A stretch of 43,490 nucleotides of DNA, filler included, from an uncultured virus (IMG/VR IMGVR_UViG_2576861727_000003) (lineage: Duplodnaviria; Heunggongvirae; Uroviricota; Caudoviricetes). It is 2 parts of one record of this genome, joined end to end, with 100 filler letters (N's around TTAATTAATTAA, not from the genome) between each part and the next. Parts side by side here need not be neighbours in the genome. Positions count along the whole stretch, not along the records: positions 1 to 22,739 come from IMGVR_UViG_2576861727_000003; 1 more part is not named here. One strand, given 5' to 3'. Positions within the stretch are counted from its first letter, which is position 1; each line of letters starts with the position of its first letter. Under the pieces are notes generated by a model. It saw nothing but the letters and a program-made list of their open reading frames with translations, was not told the DNA's origin and did no database searches. Position numbers and translations under genes: made by a program. Below, piece by piece: positions 1 through 9,742 of this stretch.

Positions 1-2
1 TA

Positions 3-788
3 TTGACAAATAACAGAAAAATTGCAAACTCGGTATTCAATGTGTTGCGAAAAGAGGGGTTAATTCCTGTAGACGTACAATTTGGCAACGGATACTTTAT
101 TTTTGAACACGGAGAAGACAGCGTTGTTCACTTTCATATTAAAGGCGTAAAGAATTGGAAGTTCGGCATGTGGATAGATACCTCGATTGATAACGCAGTA
201 CAGGTCTTCGCCCAGAATGAAATGTGGATAGATAAGTTCAAACCGAGCCGCAGTATATTCTTAGAGAATATTTCTAAAGCAACTCTCAAGCGTGTTGCTC
301 GAAATAAAGGCAGCGCGAAATATGATTATATAATGGTCGTTGAAATGATTCAACATATCAAGAACAATCCGCATCTTGCTGCTGTACAGGATTATTATTG
401 CGGAATGTACATTAGAGAGCCTTTAGCGAAGATGCTTTGGGATTGTAAGATTTCGCGGCTAAAGGATATATCATACGATGTTAAGAAGTATTTGACGCAT
501 GAGTTGATTGAATGTAAACGCAATGCTCTTGCGGTAAAAATTCTCAAAATGAAAAATCCCGAAATCATAAAGGACGCTCATATTGATGATTGTAATAGCG
601 ACGGAATAGTTTGTTATCCTCGGTACGAGATTTGCATAGTATTCAATCGAATGGCAGAAGATGATGAGGAACAGGCTAATTACATGAATAAGGCAATGAA
701 GCCAGTTTATAAGATTTTTTCGCGGCGCAATACATGCATAAGATATTTTGTGGGTAAGGAGTCGAGAGATTGTGAGTGGTATGAATAA
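3..788 (+). CDS. Phage hypothetical protein (5' end may be cut by the window)
   Basis: 261-aa ORF; stop overlaps next start. Confidence 0.7.
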   Translation: MTNNRKIANSVFNVLRKEGLIPVDVQFGNGYFIFEHGEDSVVHFHIKGVKNWKFGMWIDTSIDNAVQVFAQNEMWIDKFKPSRSIFLENISKATLKRVARNKGSAKYDYIMVVEMIQHIKNNPHLAAVQDYYCGMYIREPLAKMLWDCKISRLKDISYDVKKYLTHELIECKRNALAVKILKMKNPEIIKDAHIDDCNSDGIVCYPRYEICIVFNRMAEDDEEQANYMNKAMKPVYKIFSRRNTCIRYFVGKESRDCEWYE

Positions 789-1080
789 AGCCAATATAAC
801 GGTAAAACATCTTGAAGATGCGTGGGTCTTAATTGAAAGGATTACAGGGAAGAAGATGAGGTGTATGGAACCTATATCTACATATTCTTTCCGCTATTGG
901 CTTGATAACTATATAATACACTTTTCCGATGAACTTAATGAGGTGTTATTGGAAAATATAGTTAATAAGAGTCAAATGTTAATCACTATTGAAGACACAC
1001 GAAAGCCATGTAAAATGTGTAAGTTCGATAAGTATAATGGAAAATATAAAGTTGTAGATAAGAAGGTGAAAGGGTTATGA
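781..1080 (+). CDS. Phage hypothetical protein
   Basis: ATG at 781 overlaps upstream stop; coupled to next ORF (ATGA). Confidence 0.65.
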   Translation: MNKANITVKHLEDAWVLIERITGKKMRCMEPISTYSFRYWLDNYIIHFSDELNEVLLENIVNKSQMLITIEDTRKPCKMCKFDKYNGKYKVVDKKVKGL

Positions 1081-1562
1081 CAATAAGAGAACTTGAAGGC
1101 GAAATTAAGAAATGTCAGGAGTTAGAGGACTCCATGAGAAGTATACAATCACTATTGATGTTAAAACGCCTTTCTTTAGTACACCAAAAAAATGAAGAGG
1201 AAAATAATCTGAACTTAAACGAATGTAGATTTTTAAGGTTGACTATCTGGGATAATGACTTTATGCATGATTCTACTGTGTTTATGGGAAATCTTATACG
1301 CGATATCTTCATATCAAATGAAGTTGATATAAATGATATAGACCTAGAAGAACTATCGGAAATTGTCGAAAAGATATGGATAAACACTATACAGTTAGAC
1401 GGGTTTCTGGAAAAAAATACATGTTCCGTTTATTATGGAAATCATTATTTCCGCCCTAATCTTTCGGTTGTGACCTATGATGAAATGGAAAATGAAGATT
1501 GGGAAAATGGAGAAGTGATGTATATACCAATAAATTTTGAAGGAGAAGTAGTTATAAAATGA
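1077..1562 (+). CDS. Phage hypothetical protein (acidic)
   Basis: 161-aa ORF, ATGA overlap. Confidence 0.7.
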   Translation: MTIRELEGEIKKCQELEDSMRSIQSLLMLKRLSLVHQKNEEENNLNLNECRFLRLTIWDNDFMHDSTVFMGNLIRDIFISNEVDINDIDLEELSEIVEKIWINTIQLDGFLEKNTCSVYYGNHYFRPNLSVVTYDEMENEDWENGEVMYIPINFEGEVVIK

Positions 1563-1590
1563 CTACAATAATAAGAAAGGAAAAGTAATT

Positions 1591-1998
1591 ATGGAATACA
1601 TATACGCAGTAACAGCGGGCGCATACAGTGACTATCATATTGTGGCGCTCTGCTCGGATAGAAACAAAGCGGACAAAATTTGCGAAGTATATAATAGGAG
1701 TTATACGTTCGGCGGATGGGGAGAGGCTTCGGTTAAAGAATATAAAGATGGTGGTCGCATAGATTTAGACCGCCCTGTATTCGAAGTTAGCATTAACAGA
1801 GATTTATATAAAGCAAAAGAGCTGATTGGCGAAGATAAAGTTGAAGCGGTATGTGAGAATTGGCATCCGTTCAATCGGATATATACAAACAATGGCGTAT
1901 TCTTCTTTCTTAATATTTACGCCGATAGTAGAGAACAGGCAATTAAAATCGCACAGGATAAATATGCGGAATATAGTGCAAGGAAAGCTGGAATATAA
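1591..1998 (+). CDS. Phage hypothetical protein
   Basis: RBS AGAAAGGA; 135 aa. Confidence 0.75.
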   Translation: MEYIYAVTAGAYSDYHIVALCSDRNKADKICEVYNRSYTFGGWGEASVKEYKDGGRIDLDRPVFEVSINRDLYKAKELIGEDKVEAVCENWHPFNRIYTNNGVFFFLNIYADSREQAIKIAQDKYAEYSARKAGI

Positions 1999-2207
1999 TG
2001 AAAGAGAATAGTAAGTCAAAATGGATTGTAACCTATGCAGGATATAACGAACCCGACGGATATCCTGCATATGTCAAAATTTGTCCGTATTGCAGAAGTC
2101 GAGGGTATGGGCGTTTTTGTTGCAGTTGTGGGCATAAGATAACAGGTAGCATTCCAGATGAAACAGTAGCTGATTGTTTTAAAGAAATATATACTAAGGA
2201 GTATTAA
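1998..2207 (+). CDS. Small zinc-ribbon protein
   Basis: CPYC...CCSCG motif; TAATG overlap. Confidence 0.65.
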   Translation: MKENSKSKWIVTYAGYNEPDGYPAYVKICPYCRSRGYGRFCCSCGHKITGSIPDETVADCFKEIYTKEY

Positions 2208-2208
2208 T

Positions 2209-2775
2209 ATGGATATCAAAGAACTTAATGAGCGTATTGAGCAGCTTACAAACCTTGTAAAAACTAGCGAGGAAACCATTAGTCAGTTAAAGGAGACTTT
2301 AAAGTCAGTAGAACAGGAAAGAGATAGACTTGCGGACGAGAGGAGAGAGCTTGAGCCTAACCTTGAGAGAGCAGAAGAAGGAGAAGAATATTGGTCTGTT
2401 GGTTCAAAATTTTGTGCCGAGGGGAAAGCGACCCCGTGTCATCATTATGAAAATTTTCATCGTAGTGATAATAACTATTTTAACAACAATAATTACTTTA
2501 AAACTGTGCAACGTGCCAAAGAAGTAGCTAATAAAATTAATGTTTTATTGAAGCTGGAACGACTACATGATATTTACTGTCCTAATTACAAGCCTAATTG
2601 GGGAGAATACTCTTTAAAACACTATGTTAAATACTGTGTTTCAGAAGCGAAATGGTATCCGTATTGTATACGAACAATGGAAGATGTAGTTCAAATTTAT
2701 TTTCCTACGGAAGAAATAGCTCAAAAGGTTTGTGACATTCTAAACAAAGAGAATGGTATAAAAACGGAGGTATAA
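2209..2775 (+). CDS. Phage coiled-coil hypothetical protein, paralog 1
   Basis: RBS AAGGAG; N-terminal heptads; shares LLKLER.xDIYCP.Y.P.W and YFPTEEIAQKVCD.LNKE with next ORF. Confidence 0.8.
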   Translation: MDIKELNERIEQLTNLVKTSEETISQLKETLKSVEQERDRLADERRELEPNLERAEEGEEYWSVGSKFCAEGKATPCHHYENFHRSDNNYFNNNNYFKTVQRAKEVANKINVLLKLERLHDIYCPNYKPNWGEYSLKHYVKYCVSEAKWYPYCIRTMEDVVQIYFPTEEIAQKVCDILNKENGIKTEV

Positions 2776-2778
2776 CTT

Positions 2779-3282
2779 ATGACAGACCATGAATTTTTTG
2801 AGAAGTGCGACAACCTTGAAAGGCGCATTAAGCAGCTTGAAGCGATAATAAATAAGATTGAGACTGATAGTGAGCCTGAACTTGAAAGAGCAACAAGAGA
2901 TGATTATTATTATAGCATCATACTAGACGATGCTTGCTATGTAAAAAATCGTCTCGAACAATATTATGCGGTAGATGATAGATGTTATAATCTGCTAAAC
3001 TATTTTCGTACCAAGAAACGTGCGCAAGAAGTGGCAGACAAGATAAAATTTCTGCTAAAATTAGAGCGATTTTATGATATTTATTGCCCTGTGTACAACC
3101 CTGATTGGAATGTCCATGACAATAAATATTTTATAATGTACGATAAGAGTCGTAATAGCTATATTGTTGCTCGTAATCAAGAAGCTAGAACCGTTGCAAA
3201 CGTATATTTCCCCACAGAAGAAATCGCCCAGAAAGTTTGCGACAGATTAAATAAGGAGCGTGAAGAACATGATAATTCTTAA
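2779..3282 (+). CDS. Phage hypothetical protein, paralog 2
   Basis: RBS GGAGG; same motifs as 2209-2775. Confidence 0.8.
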   Translation: MTDHEFFEKCDNLERRIKQLEAIINKIETDSEPELERATRDDYYYSIILDDACYVKNRLEQYYAVDDRCYNLLNYFRTKKRAQEVADKIKFLLKLERFYDIYCPVYNPDWNVHDNKYFIMYDKSRNSYIVARNQEARTVANVYFPTEEIAQKVCDRLNKEREEHDNS

Positions 3283-3745
3283 AGGTGACTTGCTTGAAAC
3301 TCCGTTTGAGATTATTGCACATCAGGTCAATTGTCAAGGCAAAATGGCTTCGGGTGTAGCAAAACAGATAAGAAAGAAATTCCCTTGGGCATACTCTGAT
3401 TATATGAGTGCCTTAGAACAACACGGTGCTGATTTCATGTTCGGAAAGTCTCAAATTATTAATCAGAATGGACACACAATATTCAATATATTTGGTCAAT
3501 ATAACTATGGTTACGATGGTAAACAATACACTTCTTATGAAGACTTGGAAAGTGGATTTGTCGAAGCCATTAATAACTATAGAAAAAATATTGATATAGA
3601 TATAAGCACACAAATTACAGTAACTATACCTTATAAAATAGGTTGCGACCGCGGCGGTGGCGATTGGTCTATTGTTAAGGCAATCCTTGAGAGCATCGAA
3701 AAACTTTTTAATGTGGTTTTTGTAGCGTATAAACTTGAACAATAA
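3269..3745 (+). CDS. Macrodomain protein (Poa1p/DarG-like ADP-ribose processing)
   Basis: KGDLL, IAHQVNCQGKMASGVAKQI, NIFGQ, IPYKIGCDRGGGDW motifs; ATG at 3269 after AAGGAG. Confidence 0.88.
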   Translation: MIILKGDLLETPFEIIAHQVNCQGKMASGVAKQIRKKFPWAYSDYMSALEQHGADFMFGKSQIINQNGHTIFNIFGQYNYGYDGKQYTSYEDLESGFVEAINNYRKNIDIDISTQITVTIPYKIGCDRGGGDWSIVKAILESIEKLFNVVFVAYKLEQ

Positions 3746-3806
3746 TGATTAAGAGGAATTGATGGACAAAAACAAACATAAAACGATAAATCAATAGGAG
3801 GTATAT

Positions 3807-4022
3807 ATGTTTCTTTTACAATGGATAAATGATTATATTAGCACTTCAAAAATGGATATGACGGCAGAAATCGAAGCACTATATTATGTGGCGTTATTAA
3901 TTATATCAAGTATTGTTATTATAGGTATTGCATTTAGTATTTTCATAATAACAAAACTAAAGAAATTTATAAACAAAATACAAAAACGCATAGCAAATGA
4001 GGATAACGATGGACAAGATTAA
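3807..4022 (+). CDS. Small single-pass membrane protein
   Basis: RBS AGGAGG; hydrophobic stretch followed by basic tail. Confidence 0.65.
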   Translation: MFLLQWINDYISTSKMDMTAEIEALYYVALLIISSIVIIGIAFSIFIITKLKKFINKIQKRIANEDNDGQD

Positions 4023-4218
4023 AAAAGATGATGATTGGATAAGCGTGGAAGACAGGCTACCAAACCCTTATGAAGAAGTCTTATGCTATCTATGGGACGG
4101 ATGTTATATTATAGGATATTATATTGGGTTTAGGTGGATTCTTGATATTGAACGTATTGATAGCAGAGATATCACTCACTGGCAACCCCTTCCGAAGCCG
4201 CCGAAAAAGGAGTGTTAA
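4009..4218 (+). CDS. DUF551-family phage protein
   Basis: WISVEDRLP...EVL...ITHWQPLPKPP signature. Confidence 0.85.
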   Translation: MDKIKKDDDWISVEDRLPNPYEEVLCYLWDGCYIIGYYIGFRWILDIERIDSRDITHWQPLPKPPKKEC

Positions 4219-4220
4219 GA

Positions 4221-4439
4221 ATGGATAATGTTCATAAAAGTTTTCTCAATGAATTATCTGGTCTTTGTACGAGATATGGAATTGAACAAATAAATACGGA
4301 TGATTCTGAACGGATTCGATTTGAGTTTAAAGACGGACACACCGAACTGCGATTTAAGAACTATACAAACGACGTTAAATGGTTTAACGATGTTATATCA
4401 ATAGATAGTCGATACGAAGTTGAACTTGATACATATTGA
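4221..4439 (+). CDS. Phage hypothetical protein
   Basis: RBS AAGGAG, ATG 4221. Confidence 0.65.
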   Translation: MDNVHKSFLNELSGLCTRYGIEQINTDDSERIRFEFKDGHTELRFKNYTNDVKWFNDVISIDSRYEVELDTY

Positions 4440-4505
4440 AGGTGGCAAATATGACTGATAAAGAAGTCAGACTAAGTTTTGCCTAAAGAACCAAGGGGGA
4501 TAAAG

Positions 4506-4664
4506 ATGAAGAGAGTTAAACGTCTGTATTATAGGAAATGCGGACTCTGTGGAACTCGGCATGAGCAGTCCGATATGGTAAGAACGAATCTATCGCCTAA
4601 TGGTTGGCTCTGTATGTCCTGTTGCTTCATCAATCACCCAGAATATGAGATTGAATTTGATTGA
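4506..4664 (+). CDS. Small Cys-rich (zinc-finger-like) protein
   Basis: CGLC...CMSC; RBS AAGGGGGA. Confidence 0.6.
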   Translation: MKRVKRLYYRKCGLCGTRHEQSDMVRTNLSPNGWLCMSCCFINHPEYEIEFD

Positions 4665-4676
4665 GGAGGTGGTTAT

Positions 4677-4967
4677 GTGGATAAGATAGAACTGCATAGA
4701 GCATTGACCAGAGTATTAACCGCTAGGACTCCGAGGGATTGCGCCAGTGACCTAGAGCTATTACGAGATTACATTGAAAAATCCGAGCCTGATAACGGCT
4801 GGGTAATCGACAAGCTGGAGGATAAACTCGACCAAGCATACAGCGATGCTGTGAATGATGCTCAGGACTACTGGAATCCCAACGTAGCACAAGATGCGCT
4901 CCAAGATGCTTACGATAACGTCAGGAGTTGGATATATGAGATACTCAACGGCAGAGAGGAGGACTAA
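4677..4967 (+). CDS. Phage hypothetical protein (acidic)
   Basis: RBS GAGGAGGT, GTG start. Confidence 0.7.
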   Translation: MDKIELHRALTRVLTARTPRDCASDLELLRDYIEKSEPDNGWVIDKLEDKLDQAYSDAVNDAQDYWNPNVAQDALQDAYDNVRSWIYEILNGREED

Positions 4968-4968
4968 A

Positions 4969-5166
4969 ATGAAAATGACAAAAGCACAATTCAAAAAACG
5001 CTGGGATAGCAATGAAGAAGGTGGCGGTATAACTTTTGATGACATAGCTCAGTGTGCTGTTGACTGGGGACTGGTGCAGAACCCTAGAATACACAGGATT
5101 GATATAATTGCTAATATGGTTACAAAAGCAGCGGGGTGCGAGTATGTTTATCCAGTTCAGAGGTGA
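4969..5166 (+). CDS. Phage hypothetical protein
   Basis: RBS GAGGAGG, ATG 4969. Confidence 0.65.
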   Translation: MKMTKAQFKKRWDSNEEGGGITFDDIAQCAVDWGLVQNPRIHRIDIIANMVTKAAGCEYVYPVQR

Positions 5167-5171
5167 TAACG

Positions 5172-5594
5172 ATGCGAGAAATACTATTTCGAGGTAAGGG
5201 AATTAGAAATGGACGTTGGTATTATGGGAGTCTTAGCGGAAATAAAACTAAATTTATTCATGAATACGAAACCCGTATACACGCGCCAATACGTCCCGAA
5301 ACACTCGGTCAATATACAGGATTAACTGACAAGAACGGAATTAGGATTTTTGAGGGCGACATATTATCTTTCGACTATTACCCATATACTTCTGACGGAA
5401 ATCAGAACTATTATGCCGAAATCGTATGGGTTGATGAAAATGCCGCATTTTGCTTATATACATTCAAGAATCCAACGTCAAAAGTTTGCGGGGTGTCCGA
5501 GGGCTGTGATTATATAGAAGATTTTGCATCTGATGTAGGGGAAGTTATTGGTAACATTTATGATAATCCTGAGTTGTTAGGTGGTGGTGAATGA
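5172..5594 (+). CDS. YopX-family phage protein
   Basis: MREILFRGK, WYYG, GQYTGLTDKNGIRIFEGDIL, EVIGNIYDNPELL. Confidence 0.92.
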   Translation: MREILFRGKGIRNGRWYYGSLSGNKTKFIHEYETRIHAPIRPETLGQYTGLTDKNGIRIFEGDILSFDYYPYTSDGNQNYYAEIVWVDENAAFCLYTFKNPTSKVCGVSEGCDYIEDFASDVGEVIGNIYDNPELLGGGE

Positions 5595-5941
5595 TGACTA
5601 ATCATGAGTTTATAAAACTTTCCGAACAACCCATCAACACACTCATTAGTAATCTATATGATTATGGTTGTGATGCTCGTTACAAGGGTCAATGGGAAGC
5701 TACCTTATGGGAAATAGAACGTAGATTGACCTTGCTATATACGCCAAAAAAGAAATGTCCTAAGATCAGACTTGAACATAAACTTGTTGAAGAAAGCAAT
5801 GGTGACATCTTTGAGGATATTATCAGTGATAGCCTTGCTCATGGATGGTGTATTGTAGACACAAATGCAAAATTCACTCCAAACCAAGGATTGATTTTTA
5901 CTGCCCGTTTGGAAAGAATAGTTGAGGTGAACGATGAATGA
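5591..5941 (+). CDS. Phage hypothetical protein
   Basis: ATGA overlaps at both ends. Confidence 0.65.
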   Translation: MMTNHEFIKLSEQPINTLISNLYDYGCDARYKGQWEATLWEIERRLTLLYTPKKKCPKIRLEHKLVEESNGDIFEDIISDSLAHGWCIVDTNAKFTPNQGLIFTARLERIVEVNDE

Positions 5942-6201
5942 AACTAATGTACAAGTTAAAGCAAAAGGACTCTAATCTCCAGGGATATAGTTACAGACAG
6001 ATAACTGCAATACCTATATGTCCTATGTGTTATAAAGAACTCGGTCATATGCTTACTAGCGATACAAAGTTCTGTCCATTCTGCGGAGCACAGATAGAAT
6101 CAAATAGCATTATATCTGTATCTCTAAATGCGTTTGAGTTCAACGGAGAGTATTTGCTCAAACATAATGATATAGCAATCGAAAGAGACAAAGGTTGGTG
6201 A
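5938..6201 (+). CDS. Zinc-ribbon protein
   Basis: CPMC...FCPFCG. Confidence 0.7.
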   Translation: MKLMYKLKQKDSNLQGYSYRQITAIPICPMCYKELGHMLTSDTKFCPFCGAQIESNSIISVSLNAFEFNGEYLLKHNDIAIERDKGW

Positions 6202-6343
6202 CGATGATGAATAGTAGAATGAGAAAAATCGACAAGATTTTAAGTACTATTCAACTATATTCATACTTGCTACCTACGGTTAGGATAGGTAATTATATAA
6301 TGGACTTTAGAGAAAAGTATACTCTCTATAGTTACAGACGGCG

Positions 6344-6832
6344 GTGATAAAAATGGATTATATAAACTTATTGGCAAACAAAATGAGTCTTACAGAGGAC
6401 GACTTCGCGGAAGAGCAAAAGCTAAGGAATAAAGTTATATCATGTATAATTCCATCATTCTTAAATAATATAGAGGTTTTTAAATTTTTCGAAAGTCCTT
6501 TTAATGAAAAAATTTGTGATGCACTTATTAACAAGTATGCTGATAGCCCTTATCGGTTAGAACAGGCAATACAGAACTATCACGAATTCTATCTATCAAT
6601 GTGGTTTCATCAAGCTATCGAGGTAGCATTAAATCAATTGCGTGATGTTAAAGACGTTGACATAGGGGAGCCTATTAATTGTGCGTCTAATTACGGCGAA
6701 TTTGTAGAGCTTCCAGATATAACCGACGATATTAGTAAGTATTACGATAAGCTTTTGGATAAATTTAATTCAACTCCTTTATATTCACCAGTTCATCACA
6801 CATTATTGATGGAGGCGAAGTTTAATGATTAA
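6344..6832 (+). CDS. Phage hypothetical protein (start may be ATG 6353)
   Basis: ~160-aa ORF in the co-oriented array. Confidence 0.65.
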   Translation: MIKMDYINLLANKMSLTEDDFAEEQKLRNKVISCIIPSFLNNIEVFKFFESPFNEKICDALINKYADSPYRLEQAIQNYHEFYLSMWFHQAIEVALNQLRDVKDVDIGEPINCASNYGEFVELPDITDDISKYYDKLLDKFNSTPLYSPVHHTLLMEAKFND

Positions 6833-6998
6833 AAAGCGTAAAAAGGTATTTAATAACAAAATAAAAATATCATCCACAAAAATAGCAGACATGAATAAAG
6901 CGATTTGCAATATAGACGAAAGGCTTGGAATTATCTGGGAAGATGATTGCCCGAAGTTTAAGGGATTTGCCCGCCGTCGTAAGAAGATAAAGATATAA
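6825..6998 (+). CDS. Small basic hypothetical protein (57 aa, below ORF-track cut-off)
   Basis: RBS GGAGG, ATG 6825, fills the gap between neighbours. Confidence 0.5.
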   Translation: MIKKRKKVFNNKIKISSTKIADMNKAICNIDERLGIIWEDDCPKFKGFARRRKKIKI

Positions 6999-7013
6999 AG
7001 CGAGGTAGATAAT

Positions 7014-7226
7014 ATGGCTAAAGAATCTTCAATATCAGCAGTTTGTGAAAATAATATGAGAAAACACTTGGATGATTCGGCAGATGATGAGAAAGTCGCA
7101 ACGATAGACTTAGCCTTGGCTAACAAAACTTATAATTTAGTTCGTAATTATAAAGTAATCGGTGTTGAACTATATACTCCAGACGGTCATTTTTTAATGA
7201 GGGGCGGCGAGGTATTTAATGAGTAA
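7014..7226 (+). CDS. Phage hypothetical protein
   Basis: RBS GAGGT. Confidence 0.6.
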   Translation: MAKESSISAVCENNMRKHLDDSADDEKVATIDLALANKTYNLVRNYKVIGVELYTPDGHFLMRGGEVFNE

Positions 7227-7295
7227 AACAAGCGGTTATAAATATCAACTCAAGACAACAGTATAACGTGAGAGATAAGATAAGAGAGGAAATAT

Positions 7296-7481
7296 ATGGT
7301 TGTAAAAATGATTTCTTTACAGCAAGTTCAGGATTTAGTGTATGATTATTTATCAAAATGCAAATATTACGAAGCTACAGGCAAAGACGCAGCAGATGAT
7401 ATTTGCGGGTTAATAGGAATGTGCGACATTGTTGATGTAGAGATAAACGAAGAGTCTAGTTCTGACGGAATTTATTCGTAA
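7296..7481 (+). CDS. Phage hypothetical protein (acidic)
   Basis: RBS GAGAGGA. Confidence 0.6.
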   Translation: MVVKMISLQQVQDLVYDYLSKCKYYEATGKDAADDICGLIGMCDIVDVEINEESSSDGIYS

Positions 7482-7537
7482 TTTTTTTACCATATAGTTT
7501 GTTGCGACTAACGAAAAATAGAAATGAGGGATGAAAT

Positions 7538-8050
7538 GTGTCATGGTGGACATACGCAACTGGATGGATTAGGGTTCTCGTTCCTGGGAGAACTCAAGCA
7601 GAGAAAGATTATATTATTAAAACTGTATTAAATCATTTACCAATAGTTAAGGGTTCTGAGGAAGAAATGTATATCCATACATTCGCCGCTAGTGGACACG
7701 ATGAATGTGACTGTCAAGATGAATATGGAATGCGAACTAATAATCTCAAGCATTGGAACTATGGGTTTAAAGACAGGAGACACGGCGTAATGGAATTACA
7801 AAACCATTACTATATTTTTGTTGAAGGAAATTTTCGAGACACATATTATAAAGAACAATATCGTCAACTCATTAAGTGGATAACTCGTTTATCCAAACGC
7901 TTATGCGTAGAAGAGGTAGATATTAGTTTCTCCGACGGGTTTAACAGTTCATGTAGAATTACAAATGACTTTTGGGATTGTCATGATTCAGATGATAATT
8001 GGTGTGACCATTTATTTTGGCATGACAATCCGTATGAAAAACGGGGGTAA
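7538..8050 (+). CDS. Phage hypothetical protein
   Basis: 170 aa, RBS GAGGG. Confidence 0.75.
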   Translation: MSWWTYATGWIRVLVPGRTQAEKDYIIKTVLNHLPIVKGSEEEMYIHTFAASGHDECDCQDEYGMRTNNLKHWNYGFKDRRHGVMELQNHYYIFVEGNFRDTYYKEQYRQLIKWITRLSKRLCVEEVDISFSDGFNSSCRITNDFWDCHDSDDNWCDHLFWHDNPYEKRG

Positions 8051-8055
8051 TTTTT

Positions 8056-8310
8056 GTGAAAAAATCTAATAATATGTATCGTATTTCTGAGTTTAAACAA
8101 GGTGATGTCTTTATAGAGAATGGTCGTATTTCAGTGTTGGTTTCATATGACGAATCAATGGGTTTCGGATTTGCAACTACAATAGAAAATTATATCTTCG
8201 TTGAGATACGGCAGCGCGGGGTATATGGATATACAAACGCTGGATATTTCAAAAAGAGTCCCAATGAAATGGTTGTATATTTATGCTCCATTACAGAAGA
8301 GAGTGAATAA
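8056..8310 (+). CDS. Phage hypothetical protein
   Basis: RBS GGGGGT, GTG start. Confidence 0.6.
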   Translation: MKKSNNMYRISEFKQGDVFIENGRISVLVSYDESMGFGFATTIENYIFVEIRQRGVYGYTNAGYFKKSPNEMVVYLCSITEESE

Positions 8311-8337
8311 GATATATGCTAGAAAGGAAAAATAACG

Positions 8338-8550
8338 ATGGATAAAGAAAATTACAAACAGGCGCTACAAGCGTTTAGTTCTCGAATCAATGACCTTATG
8401 AACGACATAGAAGAGTTCCGAAAAGTATGTCATGCGGATAAAAAATACTATTGGGTGACAGATCTTGATTTTGTCTTGCATGACTTGGATAGTGCTGATA
8501 CTGAACTCTGCATAAGTATACAGGAAATAGAAGAGGATGGAAATAAGTAG
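8338..8550 (+). CDS. Small acidic hypothetical protein
   Basis: RBS AGAAAGGA. Confidence 0.65.
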   Translation: MDKENYKQALQAFSSRINDLMNDIEEFRKVCHADKKYYWVTDLDFVLHDLDSADTELCISIQEIEEDGNK

Positions 8551-8568
8551 ATGTAAAGGAGAGTATGT

Positions 8569-8880
8569 ATGGACGCATATATAAGCGCAGAAAAAGTTAT
8601 TGACGTAATTCGTCGCAGAGTTTGTCAGGGCGATGGTTATAAGGAACGTGCTTGTCAAAAAGGTTCATGTATGTATTGTGGAATAATGGAAATTATGAGC
8701 GACATAAGCAGTATTCCTCCCGCAGATGTAAAACCTATAAGACGCGCAAAGTGGTTACATGAAGGATTTTTAGATATGGAATGTTCTAATTGTGGTTGTA
8801 CACCAGACTGTGAGCAAGGGGAGTCTCCGAAACCAACCGAATATTGTCCTGATTGTGGTTGTTACATGGGGGATGGATAA
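8569..8880 (+). CDS. Phage zinc-ribbon protein
   Basis: PPADV.P...AKW...CSNCG...YCPDCG pattern; RBS AAGGAG. Confidence 0.8.
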   Translation: MDAYISAEKVIDVIRRRVCQGDGYKERACQKGSCMYCGIMEIMSDISSIPPADVKPIRRAKWLHEGFLDMECSNCGCTPDCEQGESPKPTEYCPDCGCYMGDG

Positions 8881-8914
8881 AAAAAATATAATGAATATAA
8901 GAGAGGAATAATAA

Positions 8915-9388
8915 ATGCAACTACATCATATCATAATTGGCTCACTTATTATAATATGGATATTAGGAGTATATGCGGTTGAGACCAGAATTGTGTTGAA
9001 TAGGACTTTACTAAACTTCCAAGATGTAAGCGCTCAATTACAAGAGAAAAAACAAACTCTTAATAAGAAGCGTGAGGAATGTGAGCAAAAAGATTTAATA
9101 ATAAGTTTACGAGATTCAGAGGTTTTTAACCTTAAACTTATAAATGAAAAATTAAAAGAAGATAAAATGGTAACTCATGAGATTCGTCAGACTCCTATGG
9201 ATGCTGTTTTATATGAAGGTACTGTCAAATGTGACGAAGACTTTGATGATTTTGAGTACATTAAAACGCTTATAGGCAAAGACCTCGGTGAAAGACTTGT
9301 TAAAGAGGATATTGTGACTATTAGTCAGACAGTAGACTATCTTACTTGTCAGAAAATATATTGTTACTCGATTCATGTTAGTAAATGA
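8915..9388 (+). CDS. Membrane-anchored coiled-coil hypothetical protein
   Basis: N-terminal hydrophobic helix; RBS GAGG. Confidence 0.7.
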   Translation: MQLHHIIIGSLIIIWILGVYAVETRIVLNRTLLNFQDVSAQLQEKKQTLNKKREECEQKDLIISLRDSEVFNLKLINEKLKEDKMVTHEIRQTPMDAVLYEGTVKCDEDFDDFEYIKTLIGKDLGERLVKEDIVTISQTVDYLTCQKIYCYSIHVSK

Positions 9389-9415
9389 GAAAATTCCAGA
9401 AAAGAGTGATGACAA

Positions 9416-9742
9416 ATGGCTCATGTAACAAACTTCCTTGACGACTTTCGGGGAAAATATAATGTCGGAGATATAGTGTTTTTAAAACCAAACCAATCAT
9501 TTATATCTCCGACTCGCATAAAATCAAGAGAAATGTTAGTAAAAATAGAAGATAAGCAAGTAGTTACACTCATGAATCATGGCGTTCCGTTTCTTGTTGA
9601 TCGTTTATCGTTTGTATACACAACACATATAGACTCGTATCTAGTCTGTATAAATGATGGAATGATTCAATGGGGTATTCCTAGTAACGAGAATCTTAGA
9701 TATGAAGATAGTAGAGGTGTTAATAATGAAGAAAACAATTAA
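9416..9742 (+). CDS. Phage hypothetical protein
   Basis: 108-aa ORF with KYNVGDIV motif. Confidence 0.6.
   Translation: MAHVTNFLDDFRGKYNVGDIVFLKPNQSFISPTRIKSREMLVKIEDKQVVTLMNHGVPFLVDRLSFVYTTHIDSYLVCINDGMIQWGIPSNENLRYEDSRGVNNEENN

Noticed and set aside
7481..7520. TTTTTTTACC motif with weak hairpin, similar to 40501-40511
   Set aside because: Only two low-complexity occurrences noticed; not enough to call an operator
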